IMG/VR virus record: IMGVR_UViG_3300012878_000029
Location: 1-25,291 of that record
DNA length: 25,291 nt
Strand: one strand, 5' to 3'
Source: a virus
Taxonomy: Duplodnaviria > Caudoviricetes
The translations under genes were made by a program, and so were the position numbers. Shown here piece by piece: positions 1 through 8,731 of this stretch; positions within the stretch are counted from its first letter, which is position 1; each line of letters begins with the position of its first letter. The notes beneath the pieces were generated by a model, which was not told the origin of the DNA, did not search any database, and saw only the letters and a program-made list of their open reading frames with translations.

Positions 1-92
1 CAAAGACAGGCGCGTCGCACTCCCCGAGACTCGTCAGGGTGAGCGCCGGCACAGGCGACGCGGCGACAACCATAACAACAGAGATCACGATC

Positions 93-426
93 ATGGCACA
101 CCGCCCTGCCCCTGACCAAGGCCCCCAGAGCACCCGCCATGCGCTGTACCGGCGCATCACGCTGCGCTTGATTCCATTCATTTTCATCTGCTACCTGTTC
201 AACTACCTGGACCGCGTCAACGTCGGCTTCGCCAAACTGCAGATGCTCGACGCACTGAAGTTCAGCGAAACCGTCTATGGCCTTGGCGCCGGCATCTTCT
301 TCATCGGCTATGTGCTCTGCGGCCTGCCCAGCAATCTGGCGCTCAACCGCTTCGGCCCACGGCGCTGGATCGCGGCGATGATGATCGTCTGGGGCAGCTT
401 GTCCACCTGCCTGCTGTTCGTCACCA
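93..426 (+). pseudogene. MFS transporter (ACS / tartrate-phthalate permease-like), 5' part, disrupted by the insertion
   Basis: ATG at 93 (MAHRPAP...). Motifs RLIPFIFICYLFNYLDRVNVGFA and GLGAGIFFIGY are typical of ACS-family MFS permeases. After ...STCLLFVT the frame runs into element sequence and stops at 476. Confidence 0.9.
403..426 (+). repeat. Left attachment-site core CCACCTGCCTGCTGTTCGTCACCA
   Basis: Identical to 25169-25192. Confidence 0.95.
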
Positions 427-474
427 TGATACCCCCACCGAAATCACCTTCCAAGCTGGCTTTCCATCGCGCAT

Positions 475-498
475 AAAAAAGCCCGCACAACGGCGGGC
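475..498 (-). terminator. Intrinsic terminator
   Basis: GCCCGC/GCGGGC stem followed by a T6 run on the minus strand, downstream of 523..1071. Confidence 0.75.
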
Positions 499-522
499 CA
501 TAGGGGTTACAGGGTCGCTAAC

Positions 523-1071
523 TCAAGGCAATACGCCACCTTGAAGCGTTTCAATCTCAAGGTAGTAGGCGCGGCCTGTGTGGGTTAAACCGGCGTACTG
601 CTGGTTGTAATCGCCAATTCGGGACTCTATCAATCCAAGCCCATAAAGGCGATCAAGGGCAGCGTCTGTGGCGATCCGTGATAGGCCGGTTTGTCGGCGG
701 ACATCATCACCCGTGAGCATATGCCCATTCTGAATGGCCTTGCTGATGGCCAGAAATGCGGTGAGTTGGTCAGGTGAGAGCCGAGTACCCCTAGGCGCCT
801 CCTCTACGTTCTCAAAGCAATTGGCGTAAACGAACAAACCAATGAAGACCAGCGACAAAAGGCAACCGAGGCATAGAAGCAGGATTAGCCACACTGGGAA
901 AGCAACGTCGCTGCCCAGCCAACCCCCTAGCCCCTGAATCCAGCCCCACAGGGTACGGATTGCAGGACTGAAAAGGGACACATCAAAAACACTCTCAACA
1001 ATCTTGCCTAGCACCGTGGTGGCGATTGTGCCTACCGCACCCAATATAATCCCTTTCAACGTGACCTGCAT
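523..1071 (-). CDS. Membrane-anchored hypothetical protein with probable C-terminal winged helix
   Basis: 182 aa with hydrophobic N-terminal segments. C-terminal LTGDDVRRQTGLSRIATDAALDRLYGLGLI...LTHTGRAY resembles a wHTH. Confidence 0.65.
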   Translation of the reverse strand: MQVTLKGIILGAVGTIATTVLGKIVESVFDVSLFSPAIRTLWGWIQGLGGWLGSDVAFPVWLILLLCLGCLLSLVFIGLFVYANCFENVEEAPRGTRLSPDQLTAFLAISKAIQNGHMLTGDDVRRQTGLSRIATDAALDRLYGLGLIESRIGDYNQQYAGLTHTGRAYYLEIETLQGGVLP

Positions 1072-1219
1072 GCCTGCCCCCTAGTCGCAATGGGCCATTA
1101 TCACACCTTTGGCAGGTTTTCCAACTGGCATGAAAAGCCCAGCGGGCAAGGCTGAGCTATCTGACAGCATGATGATGCGCGTACAGGAGTGAAAAGCCTG
1201 AGCTTTCAGACAGGCATAG

Positions 1220-1242
1220 AAAAGCCCGCTCAGGGCGGGCTT
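1220..1242 (-). terminator. Intrinsic terminator (near-identical copy at 2121-2143)
   Basis: AAGCCCGC/GCGGGCTT stem with a T-run on the minus strand. Confidence 0.75.
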
Positions 1243-1263
1243 GGGGGTGTGGCTAGACGGTTA

Positions 1264-1674
1264 TCAAAGGAGCCTGAATGCGCTTTTCTGCACTGCCAAG
1301 GCTCCAAGGTTGTAGCTGGTGTAAGCCTCAATGGCCTCTTGCTTGGGCATCTTCTGACCAGAGCCGTACACGGTCCCTGTGGTAAGACACGCCACCATCA
1401 CACCCTCTTCAAGCAAGCCACGGACGAAAGCAAGGCGCTCATTGTCTTGGATGATGTGGGACGGGTGAACAATCGCCACAATGTCACCAGCAACAGCAGT
1501 GAGGCCAATCCATCTGATTGCAGGCACCTTCAAATCTGAGGATGGATTGAACGGGTTAGGTTGGCCGTAGCCATCCTCCTGCACCACCTGCACATCACGA
1601 CCATCAATAGCCGATGTATCCAGTGCTTGCACATCCGTCACTAGGATGTTGTCCAGCTTGTAAACCTTAGTCAT
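1264..1674 (-). CDS. Hypothetical protein (136 aa)
   Basis: Start moved to MTKVYKL (ATG at 1674), which follows an AGGAGG RBS. Ends just before a terminator. Confidence 0.7.
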   Translation of the reverse strand: MTKVYKLDNILVTDVQALDTSAIDGRDVQVVQEDGYGQPNPFNPSSDLKVPAIRWIGLTAVAGDIVAIVHPSHIIQDNERLAFVRGLLEEGVMVACLTTGTVYGSGQKMPKQEAIEAYTSYNLGALAVQKSAFRLL

Positions 1675-1687
1675 AAATCCTCCTGTA

Positions 1688-2011
1688 TCAGCCGATTGGG
1701 GCCACGATGATTGATGCATCATCCCAAGGCATAACGTAGCAACTGGCAGACCACTTGCCCTCATTCTTGAATGCAGCGGCCAGAGCTACAGCAGACTCTT
1801 CACTGTCACAGAGGATGGCGCCGGTTAGGTCGCAAGGCAGATATTCAATCTGCTGGCTTTCATAGCGAGCACCTACAAAGGAAACGGAGTCATCAATGTT
1901 CATGACAACCCACTTGCCTTGGTTATGGCCAAGCATGCGCGTCAGGGATACAGCCTCTACATACGCCTTGCTCAGCTTCTGTTGATCTTTGTCTAGTTCT
2001 TGCTTTGCCAT
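1688..2011 (-). CDS. Hypothetical protein (107 aa)
   Basis: AGGAGG RBS upstream, promoter at 2045-2073, operon with 1264..1674. Confidence 0.75.
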   Translation of the reverse strand: MAKQELDKDQQKLSKAYVEAVSLTRMLGHNQGKWVVMNIDDSVSFVGARYESQQIEYLPCDLTGAILCDSEESAVALAAAFKNEGKWSASCYVMPWDDASIIVAPIG

Positions 2012-2044
2012 CGTGTAACCTCCTGTGTGTGTTTGATGGAGCGA

Positions 2045-2073
2045 ATGCTACTCACATTAACATTCGCTGTCAA
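2045..2073 (-). promoter_or_regulatory. Sigma70-like promoter TTGACA-17-TAGCAT with overlapping inverted repeat
   Basis: -35 at 2068-2073 and -10 at 2045-2050. AGCGAATG/CATTCGCT inverted repeat (2040-2047, 2061-2068) overlaps it. Confidence 0.6.
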
Positions 2074-2120
2074 CACATTTCTCACACAATGGATTTTCAC
2101 ACAAGGAATTTCACACATAG

Positions 2121-2143
2121 AAAAGCCCGCTCATGGCGGGCTT
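2121..2143 (-). terminator. Intrinsic terminator
   Basis: AAGCCCGC/GCGGGCTT stem plus T-run, downstream of 2167..2439. Confidence 0.75.
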
Positions 2144-2166
2144 GTGGGGTGTAGAAATTCACACTG

Positions 2167-2439
2167 TCACATCAGCTTGTTGTATCCCCAAGCGAACAGG
2201 TAGGCGTTAGCCTCTTCCTTGGTGAGACACCCGGTTGTCATCTTGTAGTCAGAGACAAGCTTGCCCTGCTTGGCCATTTCCGACCTGTAGTTAGGCTCAA
2301 ACTTGGTGGCGTATTCCTCGACGTAGGCTAGGCACGCTTCCATTGTGGGCTGTTCCTGCTTTAAGACGCTCTTAGGGGAACACTGCACCTCTGTGCCATT
2401 GATGGCTTGGCACAGCATGATTGTTGCAAAGAAGGTCAT
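2167..2439 (-). CDS. Small Cys-containing hypothetical protein
   Basis: 90 aa; start overlaps the stop of the upstream gene (ATGA). Confidence 0.65.
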   Translation of the reverse strand: MTFFATIMLCQAINGTEVQCSPKSVLKQEQPTMEACLAYVEEYATKFEPNYRSEMAKQGKLVSDYKMTTGCLTKEEANAYLFAWGYNKLM

Positions 2440-2918
2440 TCGTTTTCCTGCTGGGCTTCTGGTGCTTCCAGTGCCTCAAGGCGTGTATGTAGTTGTGCGT
2501 TCTCTTCCTGCAATGCCTCAAGCTCGTTGGTGAGGCCGCTCACCTTGGCTTCTAGGAAAGCAATATACTTAGCCTGCACATCGTCTGGCAGCAGTGTCTG
2601 TTGGAACTCAGCCAGCAGGCTTGGATTTTTACCCACACCGCCCATTACAGACTGGGTGCCTGCCTTGTAAGCACTCCTGAAATGTTTCCCCATTTCCTGC
2701 CCTCCTGCTGGGGCTGTGGATGGCTGTGCAGGAGCTTCGTCGAAAAGCTCGTTCTGCCACAGCTTCACCCACTGGTCAAAAGCGTTGTAATGCCCTTCAA
2801 TGTTGCCAGCTTCCACCTGCTCTTTGTGCCAGCGGCTCTTAGGCATACGGGAAGCCATCCACGCTTTCACAAAAGCTTTCTTCTCGTCGTCTGTGTAATT
2901 TGTACGTGAACGGGACAT
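2436..2918 (-). CDS. Putative DNA-binding protein (N-terminal HTH-like, C-terminal coiled coil)
   Basis: Start at MSRSRTNY (ATG at 2918). RTNYTDDEKKAFVKAWMAS resembles transposase OrfA-type HTH starts. Heptad pattern LTNELEALQEENAQLHTRLEAL. Confidence 0.6.
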   Translation of the reverse strand: MSRSRTNYTDDEKKAFVKAWMASRMPKSRWHKEQVEAGNIEGHYNAFDQWVKLWQNELFDEAPAQPSTAPAGGQEMGKHFRSAYKAGTQSVMGGVGKNPSLLAEFQQTLLPDDVQAKYIAFLEAKVSGLTNELEALQEENAQLHTRLEALEAPEAQQENE

Positions 2919-3144
2919 ATCTATCTTCCTGTGGGGGTAGCAGAGACACACATTCTAGACGGTGCCCTGCCCCCTGCACAATGCCTTATCCTCAAGTGGC
3001 GCCTTCAACAGTGGAGAGGATGAAGCTTTGTAGGCTTCTTGGCACAACCAGCACACGAACACACACACCATGACGGGTAGCTTCTAGAGCTGAACGGGCT
3101 AGAATATGCATCGGGCCATTCCACACGATTAGGGCACAAGCACC

Positions 3145-3519
3145 ATGAAAACAGGATTGATGGCTGTTGCACTGGCTGGAATGCTGGGGAGTGGAGCTGT
3201 CATGGCAAATGATGGAAACGCTCTTCTAAATGATTGTCAGCAAGCTATAAGAGCACTGGACAATGTAAGAAGGGCATCGGACAGCGATATGGACAGCGGG
3301 ATGTGTTTCGGAATGATGGAAGGTGTCAGAGCCATGATGATGTATTTGAAAGACAGCATGTCTGATGATTACAAGGCGTGCTTTCCCAAGGGTGGCATAA
3401 GCAATGCACAAGCTGTAAGGATTGTCGTAAAGCACCTTAGTGATAATCCGGCTATATTGCACCTAGATGGTCCGCAACTAACGGTAATCGCGCTTCACGA
3501 AGCGTTCCCCTGCAAGTAA
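3145..3519 (+). CDS. Rap1a/Tai-family immunity-like periplasmic protein
   Basis: Signal peptide, then DGNALLNDC...CFGMMEGV...CFP...QAVRIVVKHLSDNP...ALHEAFPCK, the Rap1a pattern. Confidence 0.8.
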   Translation: MKTGLMAVALAGMLGSGAVMANDGNALLNDCQQAIRALDNVRRASDSDMDSGMCFGMMEGVRAMMMYLKDSMSDDYKACFPKGGISNAQAVRIVVKHLSDNPAILHLDGPQLTVIALHEAFPCK

Positions 3520-3748
3520 ATTGAATGGACAAAGGCCGCTACTCAAGTGGGTGTTCAATGGCTGATGTAATCACCCGCCGCCGAAAGGAAAACAGCACTT
3601 ACACTGATATTCAAATATCAGCCATAGAAAATAAGGAACGTCACCAATGCCTTGACGCTGGTGAGAAATTTGGTGACAAGAAAAGCTGTAGCAAAACCCG
3701 TCCGCCGTGGGTGGCAGACACTTCAAGGAAAGGAATCTCCTTACATTT

Positions 3749-4132
3749 TTACTTGCATGGGTAAGCGTCTCTCATAGCGATAAATACCAGTGACCCCGGC
3801 CCTGAATTCAGGTACTTGGGATTCTCTTTCAACCACCTCACGACAATGCGAGCCGCTTGGATGTAAGTCACAGAGTCGGGAACGCATGACTGATCAGCAG
3901 GATCAAGCCCTTTGTTGATTGTGGCGAACAGAGATATGACACCAGTTAGAGTGCCAAGGCAAGCGCCTGCATCATGCCTGTTTACGTCATCACGACTATC
4001 GTGCAGGTCAACCATAGTCTGACAGTTTCTCAGCAAAGCATTACCATCTGCTTCTGTTGTTTCTGCATAAACAAGACTGGGGAGGAAAACTAGTGTTGCA
4101 AATACGGACGCCTTGAGCCAACAAGCCTTCAT
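3749..4132 (-). CDS. Rap1a/Tai-family immunity-like periplasmic protein (paralog)
   Basis: Signal peptide, then DGNALLRNC...CLGTLTGV...CVP...QAARIVVRWLKENP...AMRDAYPCK. Confidence 0.8.
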   Translation of the reverse strand: MKACWLKASVFATLVFLPSLVYAETTEADGNALLRNCQTMVDLHDSRDDVNRHDAGACLGTLTGVISLFATINKGLDPADQSCVPDSVTYIQAARIVVRWLKENPKYLNSGPGSLVFIAMRDAYPCK

Positions 4133-4357
4133 AGCCTATCCTTATATAAATAACAAAAGCTCATGCTATTCTCAATCCTCCGCGGTAGAAAACAGACCTC
4201 ATGCATAGAGGGCTTGGTTTCTATCAGCGAATATAAACTAAAGGACTAGGTTTGGGAAAGCTAGATTCAAGCGAGAAGCGTTAAGCCACAAACAACCGCC
4301 CAAACAGGAACGGTTTGCAATTTGAAAATAAGACAGGCCACTACGGGGTGTGCATCC

Positions 4358-5077
4358 TCAAGCCTTCTTGAACGTCACATCCAGAGCCATCATCAGGCGA
4401 CGTACAGTTGTAGGACTCCATTCACCACCACGTGAGGTGAACAGGTCTTGAGCATTGAGTACATCAGCGAGAGCTTGCAGTGTTGACGCGCCTTTGTAGA
4501 GAGCTGCCATGACATATGGTGCAAGCTTGGCCTGATGGCCCTGCACTTTAGGACTGTTCGCATTCTGTGCAGCCTTGGCCTTCTTAGCCTTACGAGCCAA
4601 CACAAGGTTGTCAGAACGACGATTCACCTTTGCTTGACTCACAACACAACCACTATCAGCACGCTCTTGGAGAGCCCCTAGGGCGTCTTTGGTACGTTGG
4701 CTAATGAACTGGCGTTCCTGCTCTGCCAGTGCTGCATACAGATGGAGCTGGAACCTGTCAGCCATAGGCATTGTGGCAATCTTGAAATCAACCTTCTCCA
4801 TCAACTGTGCAATGTGCAGCACAGAGCGGCTTATACGGTCGATCTTGGCAGCGACAATGGGTAGGCCATGACTCAGAGCCTTACGGCATTCAGGGCGCTC
4901 TACAGGGGCTATGGAGCCGGATACGGTGTCTGTGTACTCAGCTACCACGTTCCAGCCTTGTTGCTTAGCTGCCATCTGTACATAGGTGCGTTGGGCTTCA
5001 ATGCCTAAGCCTGATTCGCCCTGCCCTTTGGTCGATACACGGTAGTAAGCAACAACATCAACCATTGGCTTATCCAT
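4358..5077 (-). CDS. Serine recombinase, resolvase/invertase family
   Basis: Catalytic YYRVST, KIDRISRS, AEQERQFISQRTKDAL, and C-terminal DNA-binding TSRGGEWSPTTVRR. Start could be 5086 or 5077. Confidence 0.92.
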   Translation of the reverse strand: MDKPMVDVVAYYRVSTKGQGESGLGIEAQRTYVQMAAKQQGWNVVAEYTDTVSGSIAPVERPECRKALSHGLPIVAAKIDRISRSVLHIAQLMEKVDFKIATMPMADRFQLHLYAALAEQERQFISQRTKDALGALQERADSGCVVSQAKVNRRSDNLVLARKAKKAKAAQNANSPKVQGHQAKLAPYVMAALYKGASTLQALADVLNAQDLFTSRGGEWSPTTVRRLMMALDVTFKKA

Positions 5078-5117
5078 CACCCTCACCTCACCTTCAAATC
5101 ACTCTGTGTGTGTGCAC

Positions 5118-5146
5118 ATTGTAGCGTGTGTGATCATGTGTGACAA
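5118..5146 (-). promoter_or_regulatory. Sigma70-like promoter TTGTCA-17-TACAAT for the resolvase
   Basis: -35 at 5141-5146 and -10 at 5118-5123 on the minus strand. Confidence 0.6.
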
Positions 5147-5821
5147 CCACACAAAGGACGTTGAGAGAATGTCAAAAGCTACTGTGTTTAGGTTATGAGC
5201 TATTCGCCTACATTGGATTGTTCGCACTGTCAAGAGGATGCTCAGGAGTATTCGCCCTGATGGCTACCCATAACAACAAACAACAGATAGGAACCACAGA
5301 AAGGAATGTACATCCATAGCTAAGGCTATAGGTCGTGCAAGCTCCATACGTTGCGTATGAGGCTGATAAACCCTAGTGGGTATGCTGCCCTACAGGGAAA
5401 GCCTATGCACGTTGCTCTGGCTCTCATACGGGCTTACAGGGATATGCCCCATTGTTGGTTGTGTGTCTGGTTACATTCACACTTTCTTGTGTGAGTCAAT
5501 CTGTGCGTATGCACTGGGGGAATTGAAGACTTTCAGCGAAACACTACAAATTGAGCACACATGAGAATGCCTATCACCATCACTAGTGATTTCTTCTGCT
5601 ATCTGTGCGATTTGTGGTTGACAGTGCTGCATGGATGTGTATTGGCAGGATGTTATTCTAGCTTTTTACACATTTTTAGAAAATTATCTTGCAATAGCAA
5701 AAGCGTTTTGCCTAGTAACCATCCACAGTGCAGAAACACCACCATGTGTCACCCTACCAGTGTTCTCAACACTTCTATCTGTTCACCCTAATCAATCACA
5801 ATGTACCAATCAGTACATAAT

Positions 5822-5874
5822 TGTCACCAACAAGAATGGTGACAGATAATAGACTGGTGACAATCTTGGTGACG
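5822..5874. repeat. Small TGGTGACA iteron cluster (non-coding region 1)
   Basis: TGTCACCA at 5822, TGGTGACA at 5837 and 5855, TGGTGACG at 5867. Confidence 0.75.
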
Positions 5875-5928
5875 TTCAACACCTCAGAAGGTATTGATTG
5901 CACGATGATACTTCACAGGAGGTAATAT

Positions 5929-6207
5929 TGTGTCGTACCGACACAGAGGGATAACACCTTGAACGTAGTTCAAGAGCTTACACACTTACAGGTGTAAATC
6001 CATAATACAAAAACCAACAATACCAACTCTCAAAGCTAACGCTTTTGATTGATCAGTGCAGAGATAGACCGGAGGTCATAGGCTTACCTCGTATCGGTAG
6101 GATACAGTGTTATCTCCTTCTGAACGTCAGTTCAGGAGTTTACATTCTCTTAGTAGTTGTTGTTTGTATGTTTGTTTCTGTTGGGTAACACTCAATGCTG
6201 ACGCATT
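5929..6207. repeat. Mini-hairpin cluster 1
   Basis: Perfect short inverted repeats at 5929-5945, 5958-5974, 6032-6045, 6067-6077, 6120-6135 and 6194-6207. Confidence 0.8.
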
Positions 6208-6355
6208 AGGAAAAGCAGAAGCTCTTACAGTATTATACCGTGCAGTGTGAAAACCCGTAAAGATACAGTTGTGTGAAATTACACCAGTACAGTTTGCTTC
6301 GTGCCTCAGCACACACCCAGTACAGTTTGTGAGAATGCGCCCTACCCTCACATCA

Positions 6356-6805
6356 TCAGTGCTTCAACCAGAAGCCAACGATTGTCCCTATCGCACCAAA
6401 TGCCCATTTCTGATGAGCATCCGGGTAGGTTCCCGGCATCAAGATCACAACCAATGCGCTAAGCAGTACCAGCAAGGTAACTACCCCTCCCATATGTGTG
6501 TACCAAGCAGGAGACGATTTGCTAGCTGGCGGGGGTGGCGAGGCTGCTTCTATCTCATAGTGTATAGTCGTCTCCCTTTTAGCTCTTCGTCTAGAACGGT
6601 GCTCTGAGGGTTTTTCAGGAATCCAGCTCTTGGTGCTTGACGACTCGCCTTCCTTTCGATACTCCCTGAAAATTTCGTCCTGATCATCCCTCTCCCTTGA
6701 AAACCGCTCCTTCTGCTCGTCTTCTGCAGCTAGGCGCTGTGCAATGAGCATTACTAGCCCCACTGCCATAAAAACCCACGGTAGGTACTGGAGGTAATCA
6801 ATCAT
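6356..6805 (-). CDS. Membrane protein (about 3 TM helices, 149 aa)
   Basis: Start at MIDYLQY (ATG at 6805, GAGGA RBS). One N-terminal and two C-terminal hydrophobic segments. Confidence 0.65.
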   Translation of the reverse strand: MIDYLQYLPWVFMAVGLVMLIAQRLAAEDEQKERFSRERDDQDEIFREYRKEGESSSTKSWIPEKPSEHRSRRRAKRETTIHYEIEAASPPPPASKSSPAWYTHMGGVVTLLVLLSALVVILMPGTYPDAHQKWAFGAIGTIVGFWLKH

Positions 6806-6909
6806 GGCTGCAGTCCTCGATACTCGCCTAGACGAAGCGTAGCAGCCAGTTGCCGGCACCTGCAGATGGCCACTAAACTCACACAACCTAATGACCAGCC
6901 GGGGCAACG

Positions 6910-7845
6910 ATGGGCAGTCCGATTGAAAAGGCTTTTGAAACAGCACGACAGCTTCTAGAGTACGTTTCCCCTCTCAGCTCTACTTGGGATGAAGGCCGGT
7001 ACATTTTCAGGGGCCAGCCTAACGCTGATTACAAGCTGATACCGTCTGTGTGTCGCACTGATGAGGGTTCATTTGCATACGGATCACCAAAGCGAATGTT
7101 CAGCACATCCAGTGCAGATCAGATTGGGTTCGAGCTGGAGATTCTGAAAAAATTCCTAGATGGATGTGATAGGTCTGGTCTGCCAGTGCCGGGCTACTCA
7201 GAGCAGATCAAAAGGATGTTGTCAGCACAACCGTTTTTATTCCCTGAGACTTTCGTACCGTGGCCGCCTGAACAGCTCTTTGAAATTATGGCTGTTGCTC
7301 AGCACTACGATGTGCCTACACGTCTTCTAGATTGGACTGAGCGAAGCTATGTAGCCTGCTACTTTGCCGCTGCATCAGCCAACTTTGAGTTGGACAGCCA
7401 TACACACTTGCCCTTGCTGGCAGTATGGGCACTAGACACCACTTTTCATGATAGCTGGGAGACGGTGAGAATCATTAGAACACCGGGCGGTACTAGCAAG
7501 AATCAGGCAGCACAGTCTGGTTTATTCACAACACACAATGTGAAAGAGTACGGTGTGTTTGATGAGTATCAGTCAGAAGCCCTTGATGATGTTGAAGAAG
7601 TTTACATTAAGACGGGAAGTATTCGACCGTTGATAAAGATGACACTGCCAGTCACTGAGGCGCCAGAGCTATTGCACCTGCTGTCTAAGCTTGGCGTTGA
7701 CGGATCAACTCTGTTCCCCGGTTATCATGGAGTAGCTAAGATGGTGCGGGATTGGGCCAACACAGAGGTTGGCATCAGACTATCTCAGGCGGCCATTGAG
7801 CAAGCTAGGGAAGACAGTTACGACCATGACCCGGACTTTCATTGA
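6910..7845 (+). CDS. FRG-domain protein
   Basis: YIFRGQ, LIPSVCR, AQHYDVPTRLLDWT, ACYFAA and NQAAQSGLF are hallmark FRG motifs. Confidence 0.92.
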   Translation: MGSPIEKAFETARQLLEYVSPLSSTWDEGRYIFRGQPNADYKLIPSVCRTDEGSFAYGSPKRMFSTSSADQIGFELEILKKFLDGCDRSGLPVPGYSEQIKRMLSAQPFLFPETFVPWPPEQLFEIMAVAQHYDVPTRLLDWTERSYVACYFAAASANFELDSHTHLPLLAVWALDTTFHDSWETVRIIRTPGGTSKNQAAQSGLFTTHNVKEYGVFDEYQSEALDDVEEVYIKTGSIRPLIKMTLPVTEAPELLHLLSKLGVDGSTLFPGYHGVAKMVRDWANTEVGIRLSQAAIEQAREDSYDHDPDFH

Positions 7846-7858
7846 GCAGACAAAGGAA

Positions 7859-7889
7859 AGCCCGCCCTAGCATTGAACTGAGGCGGGCT
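7859..7889. terminator. Probable terminator hairpin between convergent genes
   Basis: AGCCCGCC/GGCGGGCT stem. Confidence 0.55.
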
Positions 7890-7984
7890 ATAGAGGGACT
7901 AGAAGGTGCTTTAAGGGTGCAGGGTATACAGACTACTGCCTATGCACGAAACACTCTTAAAACGCCTTGTACGAGCTGCTAGCA

Positions 7985-8731
7985 TTATCCAGCAACAGGA
8001 CCGGAAGTGCCTGTGCCCGGTGTTACACCAGAATGGAAATGTGTATCGAACAGCACGCCATTGAAGCGGGCTTCTCCAATCATTGTGTAGTTGCCTGTCC
8101 AGTTGGTTTGAGACACGTTCACATTCATTTGTTGAGCATTGAGGGTGATGGAGTTTGAAGCGTTTAGCTCAATATCCTTGCCAATCACTTTCACAGTTAA
8201 TTGAGATTTGATTTCAGCATTACCATCAGCCTTGAGAACTAGCTGTGTTTCCTGCCCTGTTCCAACATTATGAACAATCAGCAAATCATTAGAATCACTG
8301 CCTAGCGTGAGGCTGTTCATTTGTTTCTGAGAGACAGCAAATGGAGCGAGGCCGGGAACAAAGACACTATCCATCACATCTTTCATTCTGTTGTCATGCG
8401 TTTTAATGGCAGAGGTGTTGGTAGAAATCTTAAAATTGTCGATGTTGTTATCCATCACAACACAATGACCTACATCCCCCACATTCACTGGAAAGAAGAT
8501 GATGCTTGTTCCACTCTTGGGATAAGCGATAGGAACATTGAGGATTTGTGTTTCATCCATGTTTGTTCCATCATCAGCCTTGCGAGGGTTGGAGATTTCA
8601 ACTGTTACACTGAATCTACTGTTAACACCCACTACCCTTGCTGGGAAAGCTGTACGGGCGTTCTCATTATGATTGTAGATTTCATTCTGAATGACCGGGA
8701 GCCATCCGCCCGGTTCTTGCTGCATAGACAT
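7985..8731 (-). CDS. Gp138-like baseplate spike protein
   Basis: OB-fold-type N-terminus (PARVV...NVPIAYP...FPVNVGDVG...DSVFVPG), beta-repeat C-terminus and terminal THFHSGV (HxH metal-binding apex) typical of phage spikes. Confidence 0.85.
   Translation of the reverse strand: MSMQQEPGGWLPVIQNEIYNHNENARTAFPARVVGVNSRFSVTVEISNPRKADDGTNMDETQILNVPIAYPKSGTSIIFFPVNVGDVGHCVVMDNNIDNFKISTNTSAIKTHDNRMKDVMDSVFVPGLAPFAVSQKQMNSLTLGSDSNDLLIVHNVGTGQETQLVLKADGNAEIKSQLTVKVIGKDIELNASNSITLNAQQMNVNVSQTNWTGNYTMIGEARFNGVLFDTHFHSGVTPGTGTSGPVAG

Noticed and set aside
419-426. Iteron-like CGTCACCA within the att core
   Set aside because: It is part of the host MFS coding sequence and a single 7/8 match, so probably chance.
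39-476. 145-aa ORF as a complete gene
   Set aside because: It is the truncated MFS 5' part with a short element-derived tail; the likely start is 93.
2436-2918. IS element
   Set aside because: Only an OrfA-like HTH resemblance; no DDE transposase or terminal inverted repeats found.
3525-3764. 79-aa ORF between the Rap1a-like genes
   Set aside because: No clear RBS or motif, and it overlaps the convergent gene end.
5376-6351. Short ORFs in non-coding region 1 (also 17406-17822)
   Set aside because: Low-complexity translations of repeat and hairpin DNA without clear RBS.
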